Below are positions 31,679 to 42,112 of a stretch of 64,000 nucleotides of DNA, one piece after another. Source of the DNA: Planctomycetota bacterium (lineage in GTDB: Bacteria; Planctomycetota; PLA2; JAEUHO01); assembly GCA_965223505.1 (NCBI GenBank), contig CBDCWP010000039.1, positions 160,001 to 224,000 on the forward strand. Reading direction: 5' to 3'. Made by a program: the position numbers and the translations under genes. Under the pieces are notes generated by a model. That model made no database searches. It was not told the DNA's origin and saw only the letters and a list, made by a program, of their open reading frames with translations. Position 1 is the first letter of the stretch; every line of letters starts with the position of its first letter.

Positions 31679-32785
31679 ATGCAGTCACGTCAACAGGGAG
31701 CCGCACCGCTGCGCGGCACCGTGCTTCGAGCCGCGACGTTGTGTCTGATCGCGTCGGTGCCGGCCGTCCTCGCGTTCGAAGCCGGCCAGGCCACCGCGGC
31801 GAAACGCGGGAACCGGCGCGTGACGCCGGTCGTCCAGGCCGTCGAGCACGCCGCGCCCGCCGTCGTCAGCATCTACGCGGACTCGCGCTCGCGGCGCGGC
31901 TACATCCGCCGCGGCGCCGGGTCGGGCGTCATCGTGCATCCCGACGGCTACGTCGTGACGAACTCGCACGTCATCCGCGGCGGCGCGTCGATCAAGGTCG
32001 AGCTGTTCCGCGAGAGCGGCACGTACCCGTGCAGCGTCGTGCTCGACTCCCCGGCCGGCGACCTCGCCGTGCTCAAGATCCGCGGCATCAAGCGCAAGCT
32101 GCCCTACGTCTCGATCTGCCCGACGCGCAACCTGATGCTGGGGGAGACGGCCATCGCCATCGGCAACCCGAAGAGCCTGGGTGACACGATCACCGTGGGC
32201 GTCGTGTCCGCGCTCGGCCGCGACGCGAAGATGACGACGGGCGTCGTGCTGCGTGACCTCGTGCAGACGGACGCGCCGATCAACACGGGAAACTCGGGCG
32301 GCGCGTTGCTCAACCTCGACGGCGAGCTCATCGGCATCATCGTCTCGTTGATGCCGCGCGCGAGCTGCATTGCGTTCGCGGTGCCGGGCGACCAGGTCTC
32401 CAATCTCGTTCGGCGCGCGCTGCGCGTCACGCCGCCGGCCAACCCGCTGCCGGAGGGCGCCGAGGCCGAGGCCACACCGCCGCCCGCGGTCAGCAAGGCG
32501 CCGCCCAGGGTCGTGAAGACGATGCCGCTGCGGCCCGGCGACTTCGGCTTCGACATCCAGGACAACGGCGCGCAGCTGCGGATCCGGCGCGTGACCGGCG
32601 GGACCGCGGCGAGCCGCGCGGGGCTGCTCGGCGGCGACGTGCTCCTGACGGTGGACGGTCTCCCGGTCGAAGACCTCAGCGATCTGCTGATGTCGTTCTC
32701 GAAGGCGCGGCCCGGCCAGGAGTACTACGTGGGCGTTCGCCGCGGCACGGTCTTGCGACACGTGATCCTGATCGCGCCGAAGTAG
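31679..32785 (+). CDS. HtrA/DegS-like S1C serine protease with one PDZ domain
   Basis: GSGVIV, TNSHV, DLAVL, TDAPINTGNSGG catalytic triad; C-terminal PDZ (AGLLGGDVLLTVDG). Confidence 0.9.
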   Translation: MQSRQQGAAPLRGTVLRAATLCLIASVPAVLAFEAGQATAAKRGNRRVTPVVQAVEHAAPAVVSIYADSRSRRGYIRRGAGSGVIVHPDGYVVTNSHVIRGGASIKVELFRESGTYPCSVVLDSPAGDLAVLKIRGIKRKLPYVSICPTRNLMLGETAIAIGNPKSLGDTITVGVVSALGRDAKMTTGVVLRDLVQTDAPINTGNSGGALLNLDGELIGIIVSLMPRASCIAFAVPGDQVSNLVRRALRVTPPANPLPEGAEAEATPPPAVSKAPPRVVKTMPLRPGDFGFDIQDNGAQLRIRRVTGGTAASRAGLLGGDVLLTVDGLPVEDLSDLLMSFSKARPGQEYYVGVRRGTVLRHVILIAPK

Positions 32786-32786
32786 A

Positions 32787-34700
32787 TTGACCCGGGTGAA
32801 GCGCCCGGTCGTCATCGGTTCCCTCGTCGTCGTCGCCGTTCTGGCGTACGGCTGGCTCGACGTTCGTCGAAGGGCCCGCATCGACCGCGGCCCGCGCTTC
32901 CATCGCACCGACTTCACCGTCTACCAGTACGCCGCCCGGGCCCTGAAGGCCGGCGACGACCCCTACGAGGCGCGCAACCCGCGCGGCTACAAGTACGTCT
33001 ACCCGCCGCTCCTGGCCGTCCTGCTCATGCCGCTGGCCGACATCGACACGGCGAACGCCGCCTACGTCTTCTTCGTGCTCTCGGCGGCGGCGCTCGCCTG
33101 GTGCGTGTTCCTGCTCGCGCGTGTCGAGGCGCCAGACAGGCTCGGGCTCGCGGCGCCGCTGCTCGCAACGCTGTTCTTCTCTTTCGGCTTCGTCCTCCAG
33201 AGCTTTCAGCGCGGGCAGGTCACCTTGATCCTGCTCGCCCTGCAGGTCGCGGCACTCGTGTCCGTCATGCGCGCGCGGTACGTGTTTGCCGGGCTGCTGC
33301 TGGCACTCGCCATCGCGCTTCGGCTGACGCCGATCCTGCCCGCGGCCGTCGTGGGACTCGCGCTGCTCGCCGGCGCCCGTGCGATCGGCCACGGCCCGTG
33401 GCTTCGATTCGGCGGCGGCCTGTTCGTCGGGCTGGCGCTGTGCTTCCTCGTGATTCCCATCGTCGCCCTCGGCACGGAGCGCGCCAACGAGGTCAACGAG
33501 CGCTGGCTCGACGTCACGAAGTCCGTGTACGCCGGCCACGCGGGCGAGCTGGCCTCCCTCGAGCGCGACTACAAGATCAACGAGTACCGCTTCAAGAACC
33601 AGGCGCCGCGGCGCGTCCTCTCGACGTGGATGGGCTGGCTGACGGGCGCCGAGTTCGTGAAGGAGAAGCCGGCGCTGACGGCACACCAGGAGAGCGTCGT
33701 CGATGCGCTCTCGCGCGCCGTGGTGTTCGGGCTCGGCCTCGGGTTGATCTTGCTCGCCCTACGTTGCCGACCCAAGCGGAACGCGGACCTCCACACCAAC
33801 CGGTTCGCGGTCGTGTACGCGTTGGCGATCCTGCTCTCGACGTTGATGACCCGCTACACGTGGCCCACGCACTACACGATGGCGATTCCGGCGCTCGCCA
33901 TCGGGTTGGCGCACCGCCGGTTGGCGCCGTGGATCCTCTTCGTCGGCACGGTGCTGTTCTACGTTTCGCACGCGAAGCCGCTGGAGCCCCTGGGCGCCTT
34001 CGGACCGCTGATGATCGCGAACGTGTTCTTCGTCGTGGCGTTCTCGCGCAGTCGCGACGCCGAGGCGCCGGACGCGCGCATCCTCGACGCCTTTCCTCGC
34101 GACGGCCTTCGCGCCGGCACGTACCGCGCAGCCCGACTGCGGTGGGGCGGCATGCGCCGCATCGCGTCCGCGCTGCCGACCCAAGGCCGCATCGTCGATC
34201 TCGGCTGCGGCATGGGCCTGCTCGCGCACGTCCAGGCGCAGCGCGCACCGGACTGCGAGATCATCGCGGTCGATCATGACGCAAAGCGCATCGCCGCGCT
34301 GCGCGCGAGCATCACCACGCAGTCGATCGAGCCCGTGCACGCGTCGTTCGACGACGTGGATCTACCGGACTGCGACGGCATCGCGCTCATCGACGTCCTG
34401 CACTACCTCGACGAAGCGGGACAGGAAGCACTGCTCGAGCGCTGCGCCGACGCCTTGCGACCGGGTGGGGTGCTCGTCCTGCGCGACCCGAACCGCGCGG
34501 GCGGGCTGCGCTTCGCGTTCACGCGCCTGCACGAGAAGCTCGCGGTGCGGCTCGGGTTCACCCGTGCGAAGCTCGGTCGCTATCGAACGGTCGACGACTG
34601 GGCGCGCGCGCTCGAGGGGCACGGCCTGACGGCCCGGATCCACCCGCAACGCGTCCTGTCGCTCTATGCGGACCGGCTTGTCGTCGGGGCGAAGGCGTGA
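32787..34700 (+). CDS. GT87/GT-C-like membrane glycosyltransferase fused to a class I SAM methyltransferase
   Basis: TDFTVY...YVYPP, RGQVTL, IALRLTP with many TMs; C-terminal IVDLGCGMG, IDVLHY, LRPGG. Confidence 0.75.
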   Translation: MTRVKRPVVIGSLVVVAVLAYGWLDVRRRARIDRGPRFHRTDFTVYQYAARALKAGDDPYEARNPRGYKYVYPPLLAVLLMPLADIDTANAAYVFFVLSAAALAWCVFLLARVEAPDRLGLAAPLLATLFFSFGFVLQSFQRGQVTLILLALQVAALVSVMRARYVFAGLLLALAIALRLTPILPAAVVGLALLAGARAIGHGPWLRFGGGLFVGLALCFLVIPIVALGTERANEVNERWLDVTKSVYAGHAGELASLERDYKINEYRFKNQAPRRVLSTWMGWLTGAEFVKEKPALTAHQESVVDALSRAVVFGLGLGLILLALRCRPKRNADLHTNRFAVVYALAILLSTLMTRYTWPTHYTMAIPALAIGLAHRRLAPWILFVGTVLFYVSHAKPLEPLGAFGPLMIANVFFVVAFSRSRDAEAPDARILDAFPRDGLRAGTYRAARLRWGGMRRIASALPTQGRIVDLGCGMGLLAHVQAQRAPDCEIIAVDHDAKRIAALRASITTQSIEPVHASFDDVDLPDCDGIALIDVLHYLDEAGQEALLERCADALRPGGVLVLRDPNRAGGLRFAFTRLHEKLAVRLGFTRAKLGRYRTVDDWARALEGHGLTARIHPQRVLSLYADRLVVGAKA

Positions 34701-35557
34701 GCTGCCCGCTCTGTGGGTCCGATGCCGCGCCGCGCGTCGTGATGCGCACGGAAACCCTGCCGCTCGTTCGGTGCCCCCGCTGCACGCTCGTTCGCGTGGA
34801 TCCGTTGCCGGGCGCCGAGGAAACGCTCGCGCAGTACGACGCCGACTACTACCGAAGCGGCGACCGCGGCTACGTCGACTACCTCGGCGACGAGTCCGTC
34901 TATCGCGCCGAGTTTCGCCGCCGCCTGCACACCCTGCGCACGGCCGGTGCGCGTGGACGTCTGCTCGATGTCGGCTGCGCGACGGGCGCGTGTCTCACCG
35001 AGGCGCGCGCGCTGGGGTTTCGGGCGTCGGGTCTCGAGCCGTCCGACGAGATGGCGGCCGTCGCGCGCGAGCGCTCCGGCTGTCCCGTGCAGGCGCTCTC
35101 GCTCGACCGCGCCGTCTTCGCGCGCGCGTCGTACGACGTCATCGTGATGTTCGACGTGCTCGAGCACCTGACCGATCCCGTCGCGGCGGCGACGAAGGTG
35201 CGGCGCGCGCTGCGACCGGGCGGGCTGCTCGCCGTCACCGTTCCCGACTTCGGCGGTTGGTGGGCGCGGGTGGGCGGACGCCGATGGCCGATGATCACGC
35301 CGTGGGAGCACCTCGTGTACTTCACGCGCGCGACCGTTCGCGCGACGCTTGCGACGGCGGGCTTCGAACGCATCCGCTTCCATTGCGCGCGCACGCCGAT
35401 GTCGTGGGGGAGTATGGCGCATCACGTTCCGCTGCTCCGTCGATTCGTACCCCGTTCGTTGGCTCACGAGGGCACGGGTCTGCCTTTTGGGAGTTTGTTC
35501 GTACTCGCGAACGCGCCGCGCGCTCGCGGCGGCGAAACCCGGCCGACGTCTGGGTAG
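34697..35557 (+). CDS. Class I SAM methyltransferase with N-terminal Zn ribbon
   Basis: CPLC...CPRC; LLDVGCATG; FDVLEH; LRPGG; EHLVYF. Confidence 0.88.
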   Translation: MSCPLCGSDAAPRVVMRTETLPLVRCPRCTLVRVDPLPGAEETLAQYDADYYRSGDRGYVDYLGDESVYRAEFRRRLHTLRTAGARGRLLDVGCATGACLTEARALGFRASGLEPSDEMAAVARERSGCPVQALSLDRAVFARASYDVIVMFDVLEHLTDPVAAATKVRRALRPGGLLAVTVPDFGGWWARVGGRRWPMITPWEHLVYFTRATVRATLATAGFERIRFHCARTPMSWGSMAHHVPLLRRFVPRSLAHEGTGLPFGSLFVLANAPRARGGETRPTSG

Positions 35558-35591
35558 AATCCGCGGCCCGCGAACGGAGAGAGAAGCCGTC

Positions 35592-36545
35592 ATGATTCAC
35601 GTGCGCTGTCTGGTCGACGGCGAGTGCCAAATCTCCGAGGGCATCGAGGCGATCGATGCGACGAAGGACATCAAGGCCCGCTGGATCCGGGTCGTCGCGC
35701 CGACCAAGCAGGAGGAGGCGGCGCTCGCCGAGAAGCTCGGCCTTCACGAGCTGGCGATCCGGGACGCGCTGCGCGAGGGCCTGCCGCCGAAGATGCAGGA
35801 CTTCGGCAACCACATCTTCATGATCCTCAACACGCCGATGATGGGCGGCGAGTCGCGCGTGCGGAAGATCGCCCTGTTCCTCGCCAAGGACTTCGCCGTG
35901 ACGCTGCAGCGCGTCGAGATCGGCGCGCTCGACGAGATGGCGGACCGCATCGACCAGGATCCGCAGCACACGCTGCGAACGCCGTGCACGGTCGCCCACG
36001 TCGCGCTCGACCACATGATGAACGGCTTCGAGCAGATGGCCGACCGCATGAACCTCGAGATCACCCGGCTCGAGGACCGCGTGATGCGCGACGTCTCGCC
36101 CGAGGTCATGCGCGAGATCCTGCGGCTGCGGCGCCAGCTCGGCTGGCTCCAGCGCCTCACTCGCAGCCAGCGCGACGTGTGCATGTCGCTCTCGCGCGTG
36201 CCGCACCAGGTGGTGGACAAGGAGATGCTGCCGTACCTGCGGGACGTCTACGACCACGTGCTGCGCATCTACGAGATGCTGGACGCCGGCCGCGACGGCC
36301 TCACGGCCGCGCGCGACGCGCACCTCTCGGTCGTGAACAACCGGCTGAGCGAGATCATGCGCACGCTCACCATCATCGCGACGATCATGATGCCGCTCTC
36401 GCTCATGGCCGGCATCTACGGCATGAACATGAAGGGCATCCCGGGCGTGGCGAACGACATCGGGGCCTTCTGGGTCATGCTGGGGCTGATGGGCGTCGTG
36501 GCGTTCATCATGCTGCGGGCGTTCCGCAAGCGCGGCTGGTTCTAG
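35592..36545 (+). CDS. corA: CorA-family Mg2+/Co2+ transporter
   Basis: LHELAIRD, YLRDVYDH, GIYGMN signature, two C-terminal TMs. Confidence 0.92.
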   Translation: MIHVRCLVDGECQISEGIEAIDATKDIKARWIRVVAPTKQEEAALAEKLGLHELAIRDALREGLPPKMQDFGNHIFMILNTPMMGGESRVRKIALFLAKDFAVTLQRVEIGALDEMADRIDQDPQHTLRTPCTVAHVALDHMMNGFEQMADRMNLEITRLEDRVMRDVSPEVMREILRLRRQLGWLQRLTRSQRDVCMSLSRVPHQVVDKEMLPYLRDVYDHVLRIYEMLDAGRDGLTAARDAHLSVVNNRLSEIMRTLTIIATIMMPLSLMAGIYGMNMKGIPGVANDIGAFWVMLGLMGVVAFIMLRAFRKRGWF

Positions 36546-36638
36546 CGCCGGCGGAAACCGCTGCTTCGCCGGCTCTTCCGGAGCCGGGCCCTTGGCGAAG
36601 GGGGGCGGGCGCGGCTTCGAGCGGTACCCTCTCGCCCG

Positions 36639-37121
36639 ATGCGACGTCTGTTTCCGATTCTCGTCCTGCTGGCCCTGCCGTGGCTGCTGCCGCTCATCGG
36701 CCACGCCCATGCGCGCGGCAGCCTGACCAAGGAAGGGCTGCAGGCCGCGTCCGATGACACGCTGTGGGCCACCGACGCGGTCGGGGAGTGGGTGACGTTG
36801 CAGGGCGAGGAACACGCCGGGACGTTCATCGAGGCCAACTGGCAGACCCTGCTGATCTGCTTCGGCCTGTTGATCGCGAGCGTGCTCGTCGTGCGGCTCG
36901 GTCGCAACGTCATCCGCGACGCGCTACAGCGGATGGCGGCGCGCGTGCCGCAGCTGCGCCGCGAGGCGGTGACGGTCGAGGAGGAGAACCGCGTCGAGAA
37001 GGCCGCGCAGGAGGAGAGCGAGGCGGCGCTCAAGGTCGCCGAGGAGGAAGCGCTTTCGCAGGCGTCGAAACAGGTCGAGGACCCGAAGCCCGTGCAGGAC
37101 GGCGGGGAGGGCGAGGACTGA
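36639..37121 (+). CDS. Hypothetical membrane protein
   Basis: Signal peptide, one TM, acidic tail; TGATG overlap with the MscS gene. Confidence 0.65.
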   Translation: MRRLFPILVLLALPWLLPLIGHAHARGSLTKEGLQAASDDTLWATDAVGEWVTLQGEEHAGTFIEANWQTLLICFGLLIASVLVVRLGRNVIRDALQRMAARVPQLRREAVTVEEENRVEKAAQEESEAALKVAEEEALSQASKQVEDPKPVQDGGEGED

Positions 37122-38809
37122 TGCCCGAACGCGACCTGCCCCTGCTACCCGGCATCCGGCTGCTGCGCATGCTCTGGCGCATGCTGCCGCCGGTCTTCAT
37201 CGGCGTGAACCTGATCGCGTGGGCGCACCTGCTCGACGCGTCGGAGAGCTTGAAGCGTCAGGCCCTCGTGACGTCGTTGTTCATCATCGCGTTCACCGGC
37301 GTCGCCGCCCTGGTCCGCGAGATCCTGTCACCGCACCGGCCGGGCATGCGGCTCGTGGCCATGGCCGACCATCGCGCGGAACGGCTCGCCGCGGTCGTGC
37401 GCGCGCTGGCGTTCATCTTCCTCTTCACCGAGCTGGCCATCTACCTCGTCCACGCGAACGAGTGGCACGAGGCGGTCGCGTCGGCCCTCGCGCTGTTCCG
37501 CAACACCGCGATCATCATCTTCGTCGCGTCCGCGTTGAGCCGCAGCGCTGTGTTCCGCAGCCTGCGGCCGGACTCGATCGAGAGCTACGGCGACGTCCTG
37601 CGCTCGCTCATCGTGCGGGTCGTCTACCCGATCGCGGTCCTGACGGCGCTCTTCTTCGTGTTCGCCTCGGCGCTCGACCAGTTCGACGTCGCACAGTGGT
37701 TCGCCACCCGGGTCGGCTGGACCGTCGTCATCTTGATCGTCGTGCGCGTGCTGTACCGCTACCTGCGGCTGCACATGCGCCGCGCCGTCGCCTTCATCCA
37801 CGCCGAGGAGACGGAAGCCGCCGGCGGCGAGGCGACCGAGCCTTCGCCGACGCACATCGGTGTCGAGCGCATGGCCGGGCGGGCGCTCAAGATCGCGGTG
37901 ATCATTGGAACGTTCCTGCTGTTGCTTCGGACGTGGGGGCTGACGCTCGACGGGTTGATCGGCATCTTGGAGGCGCACCAGCTTCCGGTGTTCGGCGCCA
38001 GCTACTTCCGGATCGCCAACGCCGCGGTCCAGGTCGCCACCGTTCTGATCCTCTGGTCCTTCGTCAAGGACCTGCTGATCTTCATCGTGTTCCCCAAAGC
38101 GGACACCGCCGTCGGCATCCGCTACGCGATCCTCACGATCCTGCGGTACACCGTCTTCGTCCTGGCCGCGTTCGTCGGCCTCGATGCGCTCGAGATCGAC
38201 ACGTCGGCGTTGGCGGTGTTCGCCGGTGCGTTCGGCGTCGGCCTCGCATTCGGCTTGCGCGACATCTTCGCGAACTTTTTCAGCGGCCTCATCATCCTGC
38301 TCGAGCGGCCCGTGCGCGTCGGCGATCTCGTGCAGGTCGGAAGCGTGACGGGGCGCATCGAGGCGATCCGACTCCGCGGAACCAGCATTCGCACGGGCGA
38401 GGGCACCACGATCATCATCCCGAACCAGCAGATGATCGGCGAGCGCCTCACGAACATGTCCCACGACATGAAGCGGGCGCGGCTCCAGGTGCAGGTGGGC
38501 GTCGCCTACGACGCGGACCCGGCGCTCGTCGAGCGCGTGCTCGTCAACGCGGCGCGCGACGACGGGCGCATCCTCTCGGATCCCGGCCCTTTCGTTCGCT
38601 TCACGAACTTCGGCGACTCCTCGATCGACTTCACGCTCAACGCCTACACGGCGCACGTGGACGACCGCTGGGCCATCGGCTCCGATCTTCGGCGCGCGGT
38701 GTTCGCCTCGCTCAAGCGCGCGGACATCGAGATTCCGTTCCCGCAGGTCGATCACCGGATCACGTACGACGTCCGCTTCGAAGAGGAGAAACGCGCGCGC
38801 GAGTCGTAG
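37121..38809 (+). CDS. Mechanosensitive channel, MscS family with extended TM region
   Basis: GVGLAFGLRDIFANFFSGLIILLERPVRVGD, IIPN, VGVAYDAD, FGDSSIDF, IEIPFPQ. Confidence 0.92.
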   Translation: MPERDLPLLPGIRLLRMLWRMLPPVFIGVNLIAWAHLLDASESLKRQALVTSLFIIAFTGVAALVREILSPHRPGMRLVAMADHRAERLAAVVRALAFIFLFTELAIYLVHANEWHEAVASALALFRNTAIIIFVASALSRSAVFRSLRPDSIESYGDVLRSLIVRVVYPIAVLTALFFVFASALDQFDVAQWFATRVGWTVVILIVVRVLYRYLRLHMRRAVAFIHAEETEAAGGEATEPSPTHIGVERMAGRALKIAVIIGTFLLLLRTWGLTLDGLIGILEAHQLPVFGASYFRIANAAVQVATVLILWSFVKDLLIFIVFPKADTAVGIRYAILTILRYTVFVLAAFVGLDALEIDTSALAVFAGAFGVGLAFGLRDIFANFFSGLIILLERPVRVGDLVQVGSVTGRIEAIRLRGTSIRTGEGTTIIIPNQQMIGERLTNMSHDMKRARLQVQVGVAYDADPALVERVLVNAARDDGRILSDPGPFVRFTNFGDSSIDFTLNAYTAHVDDRWAIGSDLRRAVFASLKRADIEIPFPQVDHRITYDVRFEEEKRARES

Positions 38810-39035
38810 CGAAGTGCCGGCCCGGACGACCCACCTACATGCGGCGACGAGCGCCGGGGTGTGGCGGCCCGAAGGCCTTCACCCGGGCCGGCGCTACGAA
38901 CATACGCCGACCACGCGAGCGATGCGAAGCGGGCGATGAGAAAGCCGCTCATACCGCGGTTTGGGGCCCTCGCCGGGCTATGTTTCACGACGCGGCTGCC
39001 GTATTCAAAGGGCTGGTTCGCGGAAGGATTCCCTC

Positions 39036-39713
39036 GTGCGCATTCTGGTGATCGAAGACGACCAGCGCCTCGCCAGCGTTCTCGAGCGCGCGCTCCAGCA
39101 AGAGGGCTGGACCGTCGAGGTCGCGCACGACGGTGAGAGCGGTGCAGAGCTTCTGCGCACCGGGAGCGGCGATGCCGCGATTCTCGATCTCGGACTTCCG
39201 GGCCGCGACGGCTTGGAGCTGCTCTCGAGCCTGCGCAACGGTGGTTCGTCGCTCCCCGTCTTGATCCTGACCGGACGCGACGCCGTCGAGTCGCGCGTGA
39301 CCGGGCTCGACGCGGGTGCCGACGACTATCTCGTCAAGCCGTTTGCGCTCGACGAGCTGCTCGCGCGCGTGCGCTCCCTGCTGCGCAGGGGCGGCGGCGC
39401 CGAGCCGGTGCTGCGGTTCGCGGATCTGGAGCTCGACCCGGCACGCGGGACGGTCATGCGCGCAGGCAAGCGGTTGACGTTGCGTCCGCGCGAGTACGGT
39501 CTGCTCGAGTACTTCATGCGCAACCCCGAGCAAGTGCTTTCGCGGGCGCGCATCTACGAGCACGTTTGGGAGGCGCGCTACGACGGGTTGAGCAATGTGA
39601 TCGAGGTGTACATTCGTTACTTGCGCAACCACTTGGAGGAGCACGGCGACCGGCTCATCCACACCGTGCGCGGGCGCGGGTACATCCTGCAGCGCGAGGA
39701 CGCGGCCCCGTGA
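39036..39713 (+). CDS. OmpR-family response regulator (CusR/QseB-like)
   Basis: GTG start; RILVIEDD, LDLGLP, GADDYLVKPF, NVIEVYIRYLR, IHTVRGRGY. Confidence 0.93.
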   Translation: MRILVIEDDQRLASVLERALQQEGWTVEVAHDGESGAELLRTGSGDAAILDLGLPGRDGLELLSSLRNGGSSLPVLILTGRDAVESRVTGLDAGADDYLVKPFALDELLARVRSLLRRGGGAEPVLRFADLELDPARGTVMRAGKRLTLRPREYGLLEYFMRNPEQVLSRARIYEHVWEARYDGLSNVIEVYIRYLRNHLEEHGDRLIHTVRGRGYILQREDAAP

Positions 39714-41326
39714 GTCTTCGTTGGCGCTTCACGCTGATCGCGACGGTGCTGCTTGCGGCGGTGCTGGTCGCGGGCGGGCTGCTCATCGGCAATCTCGAGC
39801 GCGAGCGTGCGTACGAGGAGATCAAGACCGAGATGAGCCACCTCGCGCACGAGCACTTCCCGGGCCGCGAAGACTTGCCGCGGCCCGAGCGCGGACCCGA
39901 CGGCTGGGGCTGGACGCCGGCCGGCGACATTCCCCTCGACGATGCGGCGAGCGGCGTGGTCGCGAGCGGCGCCCGTCTTCAGATCCACTACTACATGCGC
40001 TTCTTCGACAAGATGGTCCCGGCCGCCGTCGCGTACACCGGTGAGCAGCAGATCGAGGGGCTCAGTCCCGAGGCGCCGCAGCAGGGCGCCGGTCCCGAGA
40101 CCGCGCTCGAAACCGTCGAGCACGAGGGGCGCACCTACTTTCGATGTGTCCGCTTCGTGCTGCGTCCGAAGCGCAACGACGAGCCGCGCGTCGAGCCGCC
40201 GCCGCGTACGGATCCGCGCGAAGCCGAGGAGCCCGGGGGCCGCAGGCCCGGAGACCTCGCCAGTCCACGTCCCGAAGGCCGCGACGGACGCCCGGGAGGA
40301 CGGCGCCGCCCGCGTCGAATGCCGAGCCTGCATGCGGTCGTGTACCTCGACCAGCAAGCGGCGCTACAGCCGCTCTCCGATCGTCTCGCTCAGCTGCGAC
40401 TGACCGGCTTCGGCGCCTTGGCCATCGGCGGCCTGTTGGCGTTCCTCCTGTCGGGATTCATGGTGCGTCCGATCACGCGCGCAGCCAAAGCGGCCGAGGG
40501 CATCTCCACACTCGAACAGCGCCTGCCGGACGCGAAGTCGCGGGACGAGCTCGGTCGGCTGGTGGCGGTGCTCAACAGCATGCTCGGGCGGCTCCAGGAC
40601 GGGGCCGAGCGCGAGCGCGGCTTCCTAGCGACGGCGTCTCACGAGCTGCGTCGGCCGCTCGCCGCGCTGACGGCGGAGCTCGAGCTCGCGGTCAAGCGCG
40701 AGCGCAGTCCGGAGGAGCTACAGAAGGCGATCGGGCTCTCGCTCGCCGACGCGCGTGGGATGGGACGGCTGGTGGACGACCTCCTGGATCACGCGCGGGC
40801 GCGCGCGGGCGCGCTCCACATCGAGCAAGGCGACCTCGACATCGTCGAGTGGGTCACCGAGTCCGTGTCCCGCTCGGAGCGCGTGGTCGGCAACGGCGTC
40901 TCCATCGAGGTTGCCGAGCTTCCGGACGCGCGCGTGAAGGGCGACCGGCACGCGCTCGGCCGGGTGCTCGAGAACCTGCTCGTCAACGCGGCGACGCACG
41001 GCATGCCGAACGCGCGCGTACGGGTGTCGGGCGACTTCGTCGAGAACGACGTCGTGCTGTACGTCGAGGACGACGGCCCGGGCATCCCACCGGACGACCT
41101 GCGCGTGATCTTCGAGACGTTCGCGCGCGGCGATCAGGCGCGCAGCCGTCCCGGCGCCGGCCTCGGCTTGCCGATCGCCCGCGATCTGGTCGTGGCCCAC
41201 GGCGGGTCGCTGGAGGTGGACTCGCCGATCACCGACGGACCCTCCATGCCGCACGGAACGCGTTTCACCGTGCGGCTGCCGGCCGAGCGGACTTCCAGCC
41301 CGAACGACGTCGACGAAGACGCGTAG
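39710..41326 (+). CDS. Sensor histidine kinase (HAMP-HisKA-HATPase)
   Basis: Two TMs, DELGRL, ASHELRRPL, NLLVNA, DDGPG, GAGLGL; GTGA overlap. Confidence 0.92.
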   Translation: MSLRWRFTLIATVLLAAVLVAGGLLIGNLERERAYEEIKTEMSHLAHEHFPGREDLPRPERGPDGWGWTPAGDIPLDDAASGVVASGARLQIHYYMRFFDKMVPAAVAYTGEQQIEGLSPEAPQQGAGPETALETVEHEGRTYFRCVRFVLRPKRNDEPRVEPPPRTDPREAEEPGGRRPGDLASPRPEGRDGRPGGRRRPRRMPSLHAVVYLDQQAALQPLSDRLAQLRLTGFGALAIGGLLAFLLSGFMVRPITRAAKAAEGISTLEQRLPDAKSRDELGRLVAVLNSMLGRLQDGAERERGFLATASHELRRPLAALTAELELAVKRERSPEELQKAIGLSLADARGMGRLVDDLLDHARARAGALHIEQGDLDIVEWVTESVSRSERVVGNGVSIEVAELPDARVKGDRHALGRVLENLLVNAATHGMPNARVRVSGDFVENDVVLYVEDDGPGIPPDDLRVIFETFARGDQARSRPGAGLGLPIARDLVVAHGGSLEVDSPITDGPSMPHGTRFTVRLPAERTSSPNDVDEDA

Positions 41327-41356
41327 CCCGCGCGCGGCGGCCCGTATGCTGTCGCC

Positions 41357-42076
41357 GTGAAGATCGCCGAACAGCGCTTTCTCGTGACCGGTGCGTCGCG
41401 GGGCATCGGGCTCGCGTTGGCCGAGACGCTCGTCGACGCCGGCGCCCGCGTCGTGATCAGCGCGCGCTCCGGCAAGGAGCTGCAGCGCGCGGCCGACGCG
41501 TTGATGGAGCGAGCGTCGGAGGTGCCGTCGGCGGCCGTCGAGTCCGTGAAGGGCGACGTCGGTCTCGTGCGCGATGCCCAAGCCATGGTCGAGCGGGCGC
41601 GGCAGCGCTTCGGCGGGCTCGACGTCGTGGTCAACAACGCGGCGATCATGAACGAGCCGGCGACCATCGCCGAGACACCGGCGGAGGTCTGGGACGACGT
41701 GCTGCGTGTGAACGTCACCGGCACGGCGAACGTCATTCGAGCCGTCCTGCCGGTGATGGAGGCGCAGCACGCGGGCGTCATCGTCAACGTGAGCAGCACG
41801 TGGGGACGCACGGCCGCGGGCCGCGTGGCGCCGTACTGCGCGAGCAAGTTCGCGGTCGAAGCGTTGACGCAGAGCCTCGCTGAAGAGGTGGGCGAGGGCA
41901 TCGTCGCGGTCGCGGTCAATCCCGGCGTCATCGCGACGGAGATGCTCGCGGTGGCGTTCGAGGGCGACGTTTCGATGTATCCCGCGCCGGCGTCGTTGGC
42001 GCCGAAGTGGCTGCGCTTCTTCGACGATCTCGACGCGTCGTGGAACGGTCGGACGTTCGACCTGGCTTCGTTCTGA
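41357..42076 (+). CDS. SDR-family oxidoreductase
   Basis: TGASRGIG, NNAA, YCASK. Confidence 0.92.
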   Translation: MKIAEQRFLVTGASRGIGLALAETLVDAGARVVISARSGKELQRAADALMERASEVPSAAVESVKGDVGLVRDAQAMVERARQRFGGLDVVVNNAAIMNEPATIAETPAEVWDDVLRVNVTGTANVIRAVLPVMEAQHAGVIVNVSSTWGRTAAGRVAPYCASKFAVEALTQSLAEEVGEGIVAVAVNPGVIATEMLAVAFEGDVSMYPAPASLAPKWLRFFDDLDASWNGRTFDLASF

Positions 42077-42112
42077 CTACCGCGCCGAGAGCGCGTGCGT
42101 CATACTCCGCGC

